A stretch of DNA of 64,000 nt from Octopus vulgaris (taxonomy: Eukaryota): the NCBI GenBank assembly GCA_951406725.2, contig OX597824.1, forward strand, positions 68,262,001-68,326,000. Direction: 5' to 3'. Position 1 is the first letter of the stretch, and each line of letters starts with the position of its first letter. A model generated the notes under the pieces. The model did not search any database and had not been told where the DNA came from. It was given only the letters and a program-made list of their open reading frames with translations. Made by a program: the position numbers and the translations under genes. Positions 51,460 through 64,000 of the stretch are shown here, piece after piece.

Positions 51460-51574
51460 GTAAAGACAATGGTTTTATTTTGATTTGGGGGTACTGAAGA
51501 TTTACAGCAAAAAAAAATACGAATGGTATTTAAAATTCTGTTAAAAAACCTCTCTTTCTTTTTATATATATACA

Positions 51575-51966
51575 CGAGCAAAACGGCTCCCCCTCCCCCG
51601 TCCAATGGACAGTGCTGAGTTGTCAAACATTTAAACCAAATTTTCTCAAAACAACTTGTCCGACCGTCCCATAGGCCTCCCCTTTGAGAAACACTGATTT
51701 AACCTAAATTTGAGATACCAGCAAAAGAAGAAATAAAGATAGACTTTTTTTTTATTCCAAAGAAAAACGATTTTACAAATACATGTTCCCACGGCTTTAT
51801 CAATTGCATTCTCACCTGGAATTGATTTTTCTAATTTGTTCAAGACTTATACACGCCCTGATACCGTTGGTATCTACATATCAAATTTGAGCGCAATCGG
51901 ATGGAGGATGCCCGAGATCCTAGAAGACACACACACAGACAGACAGAACGGATTTTATATAATAGA
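51575..51966 (-). mobile_element. Probable non-autonomous Helitron of a second family
   Basis: Reverse complement begins tctattatataaaatccgttctgtctgtctg...ccgattgcgctcaaattt and ends in GC-rich ...gccgttttgctcg|t (CTCG rather than CTRR). Confidence 0.6.
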
Positions 51967-52762
51967 TATATACATGCACACATATGTATACACACACACA
52001 CACACACACACACACATATCATGTGAATTACTTGCTCCTAAGTTAACATGCAAGTGGCTGAGCATTCTACAGACACATGTGCCCTTAGCATAATTCCATC
52101 AGTATGAATCAGTTTCTGACAAGGCTTCATCTTTTGAATGACCGGTACTCTGCACCTGAAGATCTAAACAGTTTTTGACTACTAATATATCTATATCTAT
52201 CTATCTGTCTGTCTATCTAATCACACACACACATATAATGTGTGTATTTATGTCTGTGTATGTGTGTAAACTTCCATAGTATAGAATCGGCTCAGTTATT
52301 TTGCTTTCAGTTTCATTTTTGACTTTTTGAATATTATTTCATTTAAATTTAATTTAAAATGATAAATATTTTCCCTTGAAAATTAGTTTTTATTTGATCA
52401 TATTGTATAAGGACCAAGAAATTTGATAATTTGGCATCGTGTTTCCTGCTATTACCCATGGTGGTAAAAGTATACCTACAAAGTTATCTGTCCCATGAAA
52501 GGTAACACTCTACTTTGTATGATTCAGATTTAGGAAGCTTATGTGCTAAATAGAGCATGTATTATTCTGTACATTTTGCTGTTAGTCAAACACTGCGATA
52601 TAGAAACTCACTAGTATGCCCCACAGCCATTAAAGCCAGTTCAAACATTTTATTGAATGAAGTTAGCTTCTGGTATTTCCTAAGTTAATTTGATACCTTT
52701 TACTATGCCTTACAAGTTTTTCTTTAACTTCTACTTTTTTTCTTATTTATGCTTGTTTCCAG

Positions 52763-52856
52763 AAACAATTAGAACATTCCGAAGATGAAATCAACAGACT
52801 GAATAGCTATATAAGTTCCATGGAAGATAAACTTAATCTCCTAGAAACAGCAGCTA
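52763..52856 (+). CDS. TRIP11: Exon (94 nt, phase 0-1): KQLEHSEDEINRLNSYISSMEDKLNLLETAA
   Basis: Acceptor gcttgtttccag, donor gtaagt. Coiled-coil-like and phase consistent. Confidence 0.88.
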
Positions 52857-55065
52857 GTAAGTTTTTATGACCATCCTTTTGTTTATCCTAACCTCCTTGT
52901 CCTTCTCTGCCTCCTCTTTTTCAGATAGATTCCTTACAGAAATATATATACCAGAGACTACATTATATAAAATGCAGTCCCTTATATTTAAAAGTATGAT
53001 TTTTTTAAGTTGGTAGGTTGTGATCTGAGGGAGATGTAGCAGTTATTTCATGTAGGATGAATTGCTTGTGTAAAGGCTCTTTTATTGTCTGTGCTCATCA
53101 GTGTTGTAATTCTTGAGACTGTATATGTATATCTCAGATTACATAAGCCTTTCTTTCCTTTAGTATGATTTGTGAAAAATTTTACTGTTATTCCTACCAA
53201 GATTGAAAACCGCTTAGAAGCTCCCATATTCACTGTTTTGTAGACTGGCTCCTACACCACCTACATCTCATCATTGGTAATTTTTTGTCTTTGAACTGGT
53301 TCCTCTATTTTCTTAAGTTAACCATTGTCACCATCATTGTGGCTGCTGCAACTGTCAATCACCAACACCATTACTATTGTCACTAGTAACACAACTTCAG
53401 CCATCATAATCATTGATCAATCCGTTAGATTCCAAATCTCCTTCAAATCACACCTTGTAAAACATAGTCTAAGTTACACTATGTCAAAATGGATAGCCGT
53501 GGTTTGCATGCTTTTTGACTACAGGTCTGCTAGATTAGGAATGACTTGTTGTTAAACAACCACACTAATATAATTATCTTTTTAATGTCCATTCTCCTAT
53601 GCTCGTAAGGTTTGTGTGCATCAACCACACAGCATATTGCCAATTCTTCTGAATCTGTGTCATTTTCTGTGAGGCTCAGCATCCTCAGATCCAACTTTAC
53701 CATTTCTTCTTATGTCTTCTTTGGTCTACTTAGTCATAATTACAATACCATATAAGTACAGTAATTTATTTTTTCAATAAAAATGTTGCATCACATATTC
53801 CGTATTTCCTTAGACACATTGGTTGATCCATACTTTCTATGTGCAGCTCCCTTTCTCTCAGCTCAAATATATGTGTTCCTATCTAGAAACAAAGATGCTA
53901 CAAGAACATAATGGCAGGCAAAATGCTTAGCAGCATTTTGCCTGCTGCTACGTTCAGAGTTCAAATTCTGCTAAGGTCGATTTTGCCTTTCATCCTTTCG
54001 GGGTTGATAAATTGAGTACCAGTTGAGTAGTAGGGTTGATATAATCTACTTAATCCCTCACCCAAAATTTCAGGCCTTGTGCCTATAGCAGAAAGGATTA
54101 TTAAAATCACCAAAAAAAAAAAAAGTGGTGAGCTGGCAGAATCATTACTGCACTGGGCAAAATGCTTTGTGATATTTCCTCCAGCTTTACTTTCTGAGTT
54201 CGAATACCACTGAGGTCAACTTTGCCTTTTGTCCCTTCAGGGTCAGTAAAATTAGTACCAGTTGAGTACTGGGTTCAATGTGATCAACTTGCTTCTCCCA
54301 GCAAAATTACTGGCCTGGTGTCAAAATTTGAAACAATTATTAAAATAATGGAAACCAATAATATTCCTTGCTGGTACCTGATCAAAGATAAATATCTTCG
54401 TTTATTGGTCGTCCAACTAAGTGAGCTTATAGTCTAGTAGGTACCAAGAGTCTTGTTGTATTGGTTTTGACTGTCAACAAGAATGTATGGAGAGGGAGTG
54501 AGAGATTGGGAAAGGGTGAGGTAGTGAATATAATGAATGATGGACAAATGTTGAGTGGATAATAAGCAGGAGAGATAATGAAGAGTAGGTGACAACTGTA
54601 GAGACTGGCTTGAGTTGATGAGTGGATATAGCGAATGGTGGATAAGGAGTGGCATGGGGGTGAGTGCAACTGCAGTAGAAGTGTCAGTTTCTTCTCATAC
54701 TATCGAGATATGTTTATCTTTTTTTGTCTTTTGATGTGGTGGTACTCTTATGAAAATGTTTCGGAAGGTCACTGAAGACAGGGAAGTGGAGGACCTTTAA
54801 GTGGCTGCATAGCCCACTAGAAAAAGCTGTCAAAATATTTCCCAATCTAACTTCTGTCTTAGTAATGAAGGTATCGAAGATACAGTCTTAAACAAAGATG
54901 GAATGGTCATGACTTAAATACCTTTGATCATAGGGTCAGCTTGGTCAGAGTTGACTTGAGCTGAACCATTACAACAACAACAACAATATAAAAGAAATTA
55001 AAAATTTGTAAACACACCAGATCTGGTATAGATTAACATATATATATAACATATATATATATAAA

Positions 55066-55295
55066 AGGCGGCGAGCTGGTAGAAACGTTAGCACGCCGGG
55101 CGAAATTCGTAGCCGTATTTCATCTGTCGTTACGTTCTGAGTTCAAATTCCGCCGAGGTCGACTTTGCCTTTCCATCTTTCGGGGTCGATAAATTAAGTA
55201 CCAGTTACGCACTGGGGTCGATGTAATCAACTTAATACCTTTGTCTGTCCTTGTTTGTCCCCTCTGTGTTTAGCCCTTGTGGGTAGTAAAGAAAT
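55066..55295 (+). mobile_element. SINE family B, young CpG-rich copy (tail type 1)
   Basis: ggcggcgagctgg...B-box-like gagttcaaattcc...ttcggggtcgataaattaagtaccag. About 25 copies or fragments in the window. Confidence 0.9.
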
Positions 55296-55403
55296 ATATA
55301 TATATAATGTGTAAAATCAAAATAAATGAAGGTATCATAAAAAAATTACAAAAAGACACACACACAGACAAGCATTTTTAAAGATATTTTTCACTTGTTT
55401 CAG

Positions 55404-55468
55404 AAAATGATGTAGGTGCTCAAAAGAAGGGAGAAACAGTTGCAAATATGGATAGTGACAAAGATAAA
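55404..55468 (+). CDS. TRIP11: Exon (65 nt, phase 1-0): (K)NDVGAQKKGETVANMDSDKDK
   Basis: Acceptor tttcacttgtttcag, donor gtaagt. Phase consistent. Confidence 0.83.
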
Positions 55469-55839
55469 GTAAGTGTAACTTATATGATTTATATACACAT
55501 AAACTACAAGCTTACGTACATACATCATGGCATCATCTTCTCTTTAGGCAGAATCACAACTGCACAAATGCTTAGCATCATTTATTCTGGTTCTTTGTTT
55601 TGTGTTCAAATGCTGCCAAATCATCTTTGCTTTCCATCTGTTGAGGCTGATAAAATACATACTACCTCAGTATTAGGGTCAATGCAATTGTTTCCTTCTC
55701 CCCTCAAAATTGCTGGGTTTGTGTCAAAATTAGAAAGCATTATTTTTTAACAATACAGTTGTTGTGGAACATCTAAGAATATCTTGTATTACTGGTGACA
55801 CAAAACTCAGACATACAAATAGACACACACACACACACA

Positions 55840-55878
<39 letters not shown>

Positions 55879-56553
55879 TCCCTTTTTCTTTCTCTCCTCT
55901 CTCCCTCTCTCCTCTCTAAAAGTGGGCCTATCAAAAACATTAGCACAAAAGAAAGAAAAATAGAACTTATTTCTTTATTGCTTATGGGTTATGGAATATC
56001 CAAATAAAGATTTTGATACATCTTGGATGACATAGGAGTATTTATGGTTAACAAAGGCTGTAGCAGAATGTACTGACAACATTTACGGATCCCAGTATTG
56101 CTATATTTTCAAACAGGCTCATATCCACACCTTGCAGGTAACCTGATAATGTCTTTACTGAACTGGTTGGGTAATGCTCCAGCTAAACTGATGATTGATA
56201 GATATATTCCTTCACTGCCATCATACCAGGTGAAATGCTTAGCAGTATTTCGTCTGTCAATACATTCTGAGCTCAAATTCCGCTGAGGTTGAGTTTGCCT
56301 TTCTTCCTTTCAGGGTTGAAAAACTAAGTATCACCTGAGTTCCAGAGTCAATATAACCAACTAGTTCCTTCCCCAAAAATTTTCAGGCCTTGTGCCTATA
56401 GTAGAAAGGATTATAATTATTATCATTATTCCACTGAGGTCGACTTTTAACCTTTTGTGGTTGATAAATTAAGTACCAGTTGAGTACTGTGGTCATTGTT
56501 ATTCACTAGTCCCCTCCCCCAAAATTTCAGGCCTTGTACCTTTAGTAGAAAGA

Positions 56554-56616
<63 letters not shown>

Positions 56617-56940
56617 TGATGAAAACTCTCGGCTTATTTTGCTGGTTATGATGGAAATTGGCAGCTGCCCACAGCCTGCAGACTAAGGTTATATTTGTTT
56701 ACAGATTATGCTTCAAGAACCATGTGGAGAACTCTTGCAGTTCCTAGCAAAGCTAATTTTTGAAGGTGTTCTTTCTTTACCATTTGTACCAATCTTTTTG
56801 ACCCATGTTGGTAGTTGAGTGCTAATACTGCCAAGTACACCAATCACATCCACTCTCTTCATTGCCCTTAACCTGTATATTTCCTACTTCAGTTTGTCAT
56901 AATTGTTCGCTTTTTCTTCTTTATTTTTGATCCTGCTGTA

Positions 56941-56984
<44 letters not shown>

Positions 56985-57447
56985 TTTTTTTTTTGGTACC
57001 TTTGTTCTGTCCCTTCTGAATGTTAGTAACATAGTTTAAATATATTATTGATACATATACAGACCGTGCATGCAACCAAACGTAATTGGGTCAGATGTGG
57101 TTGAAGTAACATATATTCCCTTCATTCCAGTTGTTCAGTCATGCATGACATTCATTTGTTCATTGTCTTTAATGAACAACTCTGAAGCGTTCAATCACAA
57201 GACAAACTTGACAGTTTTCAGCTCAATCATATCTTTTATCTTTTACTTGTCTCAGCCATTAGGCTGCAGCCTTGCTAGGACAGACTGCACTCACACTGGG
57301 GCCCCAGTATTTTCTGTTTTCTTAAGGCTGGTACTTGGTACCTATTTTATTAATCTCTTGCCAAACTAATGAATTACAAGGACGTAAACACAACAATACT
57401 GATTGTCAAGCTGTAGAGGGGGAGGCAGGGAATAAGTAGACACAAAG

Positions 57448-57478
<31 letters not shown>

Positions 57479-58361
57479 TATTTATTAATCAATGAAATTG
57501 CAACTTAGTCTGATTTTCACATTTTATTATTCACAGTTTTTACAATTTTACAATAGTGAAATAAACTAGTAGTTTCGTGTATTACGCAATTGTCAGGTTT
57601 ATGTAGTGACTCTCGTGTTCCACAGTTGACAACTGATATAGATATATATATATATATATGCCATCAGTAATTACTCAGGGTAGGCAGTTGGTGATGTTTA
57701 TGTAGAAAGACACACAAAAAAATAAGTGAAACACAGGCATGTGACTGAGTTGTATCCAGGTTTACTTCTGCCTTTATAGCATGTAAAGAAAACGTTGTAG
57801 GAATGTACACTGCACATGTACTACAGTAGTCCTGTGCATAGTGTTTATATTGAGATTGAAAGGCAGGGATGAATTATGCCTACCTAATCTACAAAAAATA
57901 AAGTATTTTGTATTTTATGCAGAGTAATCAGAGTAACCTTCATAATGTATGTATAATATATAGGTAGGTAGGTAGGTAGGTAGATAGATAGATACATACA
58001 TACATACATACGTACATACGTGATAGATAGAAAGACAGACAGACAGATACGTGCTTATATGCTTATATAGATAAGTATATTTATATGTACATATGTGTAT
58101 ATATAAAGATATACATACATATACACACATACATACATGTACATATGCATGCATAAACATTAATGTTAAGGAAATGGATTATACGAAAGCATGTGTCAGC
58201 ATATCTCACTCAATTATTACCATGTTAAGAAATAATGGGTATGTCTCCGAGACAGAGAGAGAGAGTGACAGTAAATGAATGTCTATATGTGAGAAGGTTT
58301 AAGATGACAATGAAGTGCTATTAATCCGTTCATGTAACAAATATCCTTTTATTTATTTCAG

Positions 58362-58401
58362 GTATCCTACAGAGAAGAGAAAGGAGAAGGTGATTACCGA
58401 G
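58362..58401 (+). CDS. TRIP11: Exon (40 nt, phase 0-1): VSYREEKGEGDYR
   Basis: Acceptor ttttatttatttcag, donor gtgaga. Bridges phase 0 to phase 1. Confidence 0.75.
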
Positions 58402-59090
58402 GTGAGAAGTTTCTTTGAGTTCCTGTATTTTGTTGTCTAGTTAATTAACTGCTTACTGTGCTCCCAATCATACAGGTTGATGCAGTATATAAGCCGAGGT
58501 AGATATTTCAGTAAAAATAAAAATCAGGTCTTGTGTCTATACTCATTGTATAAGTTGCCCTCACCCACTTTCTCCCAGGTAACCATTCAACCAGAGATTT
58601 TTTTCTTTGACCTGCCTTTTTTGGGGTGTAAGTTTTAGTCTAGAAAATTCGACCCGTAGGCTGGAAAATGCTGCCATTGTTTGAGGCTATCATTTAATTG
58701 TTTCTGTCTTTAACTCTCAATTTCTTGTAGTGTTTTCTGTATATATAAATCTCCCCCCATGCTGGGACCAAGTAAAAATCACCCAGTAAACTCTGTAAAA
58801 TGGTTCACATTAGCAAGGGCATCCAGCCATAGAAACCTTGCCAAAACAAATGACTAGAACCTGGTGCAGCTCTCCAGCTTACCTGTTCTGGTCAAACCAT
58901 CCAACCCTGCCAGAGTGGAAAATGTATGTAAAATTAGGATGATGATGTGTCCAGTATAAAAACGATAAAAAGTACAACTATTGCATGAATTTGAATGAAA
59001 CATGGTGATAAAATGTTATGGTTGTTTCTATACCTTGTGAATGTGTTTTTTTTTTTACATTTTGTTGTTAATTTTTGCCTACTATCTATA

Positions 59091-59218
59091 GGCGTAGGAG
59101 TGGCTGTGTGGTAAGTAGCTTGCTTACGAACCACATGGTTCTAGGTTCAGTCCCACTGTGTGGCACCTTGTGAGTGGATTTGGTAGACGGAATCTGAAAG
59201 AAGCCCATCATATATATG

Positions 59219-59267
<49 letters not shown>

Positions 59268-59335
59268 ATGTGTATATGTTTGTGCGTCTGTGTTTGTCCC
59301 CCCAAGTGGTTCGGCAAAGAAACTGATAGAATAAG
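59091..59335 (+). mobile_element. SINE family A (internally deleted)
   Basis: Head and middle match. Confidence 0.82.
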
Positions 59336-59504
59336 TGTGTGTGTGTATAATATATCTATATGTATTTATATTTGAGAACTTTCCTAGTACTTCAGCTATG
59401 AAAAATACACTCAGTAGGAAGTAAACTTTATAAGTACATGCCCATGCTTGCACAAACACACACACACACACACACATATTTGATGTCTTTCGTTGTTTTT
59501 CCAG

Positions 59505-59630
59505 ACACTTTGGAATCTCTAAGGAGTGAAATTGAAGACCTAAAGAACCAAAATTTTGTACTCATCAAAGAAAATGGCAACTTGAAGAAACATTTGGAAG
59601 AAGACTCAAAGCCAGTTGTCGAATTAGAAG
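59505..59630 (+). CDS. TRIP11: Exon (126 nt, phase 1-1): (D)TLESLRSEIEDLKNQNFVLIKENGNLKKHLEEDSKPVVELE
   Basis: Acceptor ttgtttttccag, donor gtaagc. Coiled-coil heptads. Confidence 0.9.
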
Positions 59631-61687
59631 GTAAGCTAAATATATCAGGTGCCATTGTGTAGCTCCAGGTCAACCTTGATCAAGTAAACCTGTGATTTAA
59701 GGCTATCCATCCATGACCAACCTATCTTTATGTATACAGGGGACTATATAATCCAGCATGTTGTTCTTTTTTTTAAGACAGTAGGATGTGATTTCTATAT
59801 AGTGAATAAAAGCCAATCAGCCACATTGCTGTTAAACTCAGATACACAGAACATGAAAGTAAGGACCAACTAAAGCTAATAGATGGCAAAGATTCCTGGT
59901 GTAGCATTGTTAAATTCATCTCATCTCAGTTGCAGTTGCTTGAAGAAGGAGATTGTGATCTGATGGAGAATTGGCTGTTATTTCTAGCAGGGCAAGTGAC
60001 TATGTGGAAGCTTTGTTATTGGTTTGAAATACTTGACCTTTAATAACCCTCCTAGAATTTTGAATTTCATGTAAAAAGCTCTGGTGCCAGTACCAGGTAA
60101 AATGCATTAGTGCTGGTGCCAGGTAAAAAAAAAACATTAGTGCTGGTACCAGGTAAAAAGCTCTGGTGTTGGTGCCAGGTAAAAAGCACTGCTGATGATG
60201 CCACATAAAAAGCTCTGGTGATGGTGTCATGTAAAAAGCACCTAATACTCTCTGTAAACTGATTGGTATTAGGAAGGGCATCCTGCTGTAGAAACCAAGC
60301 CAAAACAGTCTGGTACCTGGTGCATTCTCTGACCTTGCTAGTTCCTGCCAAGTTGTCCAGTTCATGAAAGCATAGAAAATGGACATTAAGTGATAGAGAT
60401 GATGATGTGATTGGATATATGCGTGACTTCATGCCAGCAGGTAAAATGTGATTGGGTATAGAATTGTAGAAGTTGGAAGTTGTGGGGAGGAAGGACTGTA
60501 TTTAATAATTTATATAAGGTCAGGGAAGTGAATCACTATAAGTATTACACGAGATGAGAGACAAGTAGAGAGAACATCCAGCTAATTATTCAAATTGAGC
60601 TAAGGTCATCACAGTAACAGTGTAGAGACTGAGAAATAAAACAATATGTCAACTAATGTAGCTGGTTGGTGAACGAGTTTTGTGACAATCAGTTCTGTGG
60701 CTCATCTTTTATATACAGTTTAGGATGTGTGTTTGGCATCATTACCGACCGGTATCCTTTACTTGTTACCAGTACATCTGTTCTCGTTTATCACTGATTC
60801 ATTTATCACTGATTTGGGATAACATGGTATGCTTGATTGGGAACCATGTTATGCTTATCACAAAACTCAGGTCAGCAATCAGTCAAAGGGTTTCTTTATT
60901 ATGAGACTTTTCAGATCACATGTTATTTACTTTAGATATTTCGCCAAACATGAAACAATAACATTATGTATGATTAAAAACTGTTTGGGAGATGTTATTT
61001 GGGTATGTTAGAGAGATAACTTGAAGTTTTGAAATAAAATCTATTTTACCTATCTGTTCTAGTATTCATTTATCATTGATGTATATAACGTTTTTCTTTT
61101 TCTTTTTCCCTTCTCTTTTGTGGTACCTAACCTCCATGATAAACAGTGACAGATGTACTAGCCTCTCATTGTTTCTGAGTAGAACAATTTATCCTTCATT
61201 GCCTCACTTTCCTCTAGCTGTCTGAGTCTGAAATATTTACTAGATGATGCATGTTATTTCCTCTCTATATAGATTTCTCTTTTACTCATTTTGTTTTGGA
61301 ATTGACAACTAAGTAATACTAAAAAATCTATTTCTGGACTTGAACAACAGTTTCATTTTTTTTTTTAAGTACAGAGGCAAGAATGTTTAAAATTTTTATT
61401 AAGAATCTTGTAATAATACGTATTTAATTAAAAGTGTATCAGAATTTTTTTCTGTTAAGTTATTTTTATAAATAAAAAGAAAATTATATCTTGTTTCTGA
61501 AAAAAGAAGGAAAAAAAAAAAAATGGAGTAATTATCTCCCTTAGATACTAAGAGGAATCTTCAATGTTAGAGGTGGGCAAATATACGCTGCTACCATTGT
61601 GTATATGTGTGTGCACACGCGCGCGCGCACACACACACACACACGCACACATACATGTAATGATTTTTTGTTTTTTGTTTTTTCCAG

Positions 61688-61745
61688 GAAATATGAGTTG
61701 GGACCATTATGATGAATTAGAAGGAAGTTCTAATGTTCTTCAGCG
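61688..61745 (+). CDS. TRIP11: Exon (58 nt, phase 1-2): (G)NMSWDHYDELEGSSNVLQ(R)
   Basis: Long T-rich acceptor ending ttttccag, donor gtaagt. Phase consistent. Confidence 0.85.
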
Positions 61746-62039
61746 GTAAGTGTTCCTGGTTTTCATGCAAAGAATGAACATCTGGTTTTGGAACTCATTA
61801 TCTTTTTCTCTACTCAGTGCTGAGGAAGGCATTTGTCTTAATGCCATGCCCTTTCTTCAAGTCCTTATAATTAAGATGCAATTTTGTTTATTCAAGTAAC
61901 AGTGGTTTATCTCCTCTATAGTAAGACAACTATTTCTGTCCCTTTATCATACTCTAACCTCTCACCTGGCACACAGCCACTTCTCTGTTCCACTCCCTCT
62001 CTCTCAACTAGAGCGTGTTTGTCTTGCAAGTTACTTGGC

Positions 62040-62360
62040 AACCCCAATGGTGCTGGTGCCATATAAAAAGTAACTGTGCTGGTGCCACACAAGAAGCACC
62101 TGTGCTGGTTCCACATAGAAAGCACCTGTTCCAGTGCCATGTAAAAGGCACTTATGTGGGTGCTACATAAAAAGCACCCAATACATTCTGTAAAATGGTT
62201 GGTATTAGGAAGGGCATCCAGCTATAGATACCAAGCCAAAAGAGATAACTGGAGCTGGTACAGCTCTCTGGCTTGCCAGCTCCTGTCAAACCATCCAACC
62301 CATGCTAACATGGAAAACAGACATTAAGTGGTGGTGGTGATGGTGATGATGATGATGATT
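62040..62360 (+). mobile_element. RTE 3'-UTR fragment. Similar tails at ~11010-11260(-), 15930-16095, 18525-18830(-), 21005-21197, 31351-31420, 35900-36230(-), 58770-58950, 60060-60410, 62880-63220
   Basis: Shared ttaggaagggcatccagc.gtagaaacc...ccaacccatgc.agcatggaaaa...(gat)n terminus. Confidence 0.8.
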
Positions 62361-63534
62361 GTATAAATAATATTCAGTTTAAATGATGGCCACAATTATT
62401 TCCAGCCTCAGCCAAATATATTGGAAGAGAGGTAAATAGTTGAATAACTGGTACTTTTTTTATTCCAGTTAACCACAACATGTTGGACTTAGAATATAGA
62501 CCTGGAACTAATACCATAAGGGATTTTCTCTAATGCTCTACTGTTCATTTCTAATATAAGCAGAGAGCCAGATATTTAGTTTGAGGGTGTCAGTTGATTA
62601 AATTGATATGTTGTAATTTTGTTTGTTGTAAAGGAGAGTAGTACAGTGGGTGTATATAACTTTTTTCTCCATCCACTGAATTTGTATATCTTCTGCTATC
62701 ATCAGAGATGTCAATAAAATTTTCCAAAAATTCTTTCTGAAACAGTCATATATTTTTGCTATATATATGTACAGTATGGAATTTTATATATATCTTGATA
62801 GTGCATTTGCGGTAAACGGTTAGTTTTCGAGTCACTGATATAGCTTTCCAGCTGTTATAAAAAGATATAGTTAGTGAGAAAGGATCTTAAGATGCTGGGC
62901 CTTACTGAGGAAATGACAAGGGACTGGGAGATGTGGCAATTTGCTGTTCTTGATAAGCCATGTCAAGCTGAGTAAAATTGTTGTCTTCTGCAATAACAGG
63001 CTTGTCCTTCAAGTGCCAGTACTGTGTTAATGCATCCATGCTGGCGGCACAAAGAAAGCATACTGCATGCTCTGTTAAGCGGTTGGCATTAGAAAGGGCA
63101 TTCAGCTGTAGAAACTATGCCACAACAGACAGTTGGAGTCTGGACGGCTCCCTGCTAGCCAGTTCTATGTCAAGCCATTCAACCTGTACCAGCATGGAAA
63201 GAGAACACTAAATGATGATGATATATGATTACTGTGTGTGGTATAATGAGTTGGCTTTCTTTTACACTGAGTAGAACTTAGCCATTTGTTGAATCTAGAT
63301 TTATGTTCCACTAAAAATATCCCTTGAAAGCATTGCTCCAGTTTGGCCCCAATCCAAAGACTGAAGCTAGTAATATAAGATTAAAAAAGATAATATTCTG
63401 ATTAAATTGTCTCATATATACATATATACATTTGCATTCACTCAAGCATACATACAAATGCACACACATACACACTCACTCATTCACCTGCATATATGGT
63501 GGTGATATTTGAAACTGGTTCTTTCTGTTTTTAG

Positions 63535-63787
63535 TGCCTCACATAGACCATTTGAGGACTTGGATGAGAACGACTGCCAAAATAAGCATACCTCTAGATC
63601 AGAGATGCAAGAACAGATGTCTGCTCTACAGAATCAAGTTGAAAAATATGAGAGGGAGATAGAGCGTTTTGAGTACCTCAAGTCTGATTGGCAGCTTGAG
63701 AAAGAAGCTCTTGAAGATGTCCTTATGAATTTGCGGAATCAACTGAAGGATAAGGAGTCTGCTAACAATTTGGCTCAAGACCAAAAG
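63535..63787 (+). CDS. TRIP11: Exon (253 nt, phase 2-0): ASHRPFEDLDEN...EQMSALQNQVEKYEREIERFEYLKSDWQLEKEALEDVLMNLRNQLKDKESANNLAQDQK; gene continues beyond the window
   Basis: Acceptor ctttctgtttttag, donor gtgagt. Strong coiled-coil pattern. Confidence 0.92.
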
Positions 63788-64000
63788 GTGAGTGAATTTT
63801 TATTTTATTTAATCTTTAATACTGCTCTAGGGGGTTCTTAGTAGTTGATTATTTACGTGCTGTGGTAGCATCATTTATTTATTTAGCTACCTATAGAACT
63901 CCCCCCTCTATCTACATTTCTAGCTACCTATACTCACTAAATGACATTTCTTTTGACACTTTACATTCTGAGTTCAAATTCCAGTGAGGTTGACTTTGCC

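Overview
AT-rich, microsatellite- and retroposon-dense animal genomic DNA. The SINE and LINE repertoire resembles that of Octopus (recognised from memory, not searched). The only well-supported host gene is a spliced + strand coiled-coil gene. Nine GT-AG exons between 47945 and 63787 join with consistent phases into 888 nt (296 codons, no stop). The first two exons match the N-terminal region of the golgin TRIP11/GMAP-210. The gene runs off the right edge, and I could not find its 5' exons, so positions 1-47944 are probably one very large intron. That region holds dozens of tRNA-headed SINEs (at least 3 families), one young frame-intact 5'-truncated RTE LINE plus many RTE tails, and fossil R4/Dong-like and L1/Tx1-like LINEs. 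It also holds non-autonomous Helitrons, mariner-type MITEs and Penelope-type hammerhead-ribozyme motifs, including an inverted pair at 4205-4410. There are weak signs of an antisense gene nested in the intron. Almost all ORFs in the supplied track are microsatellite or SINE artefacts. I found no convincing wholly new biological system. The hammerhead hairpin, the candidate nested gene and a possible SINE-LINE tail partnership are the best leads. Repeat boundaries are approximate (about 10-30 bp) unless termini are quoted.
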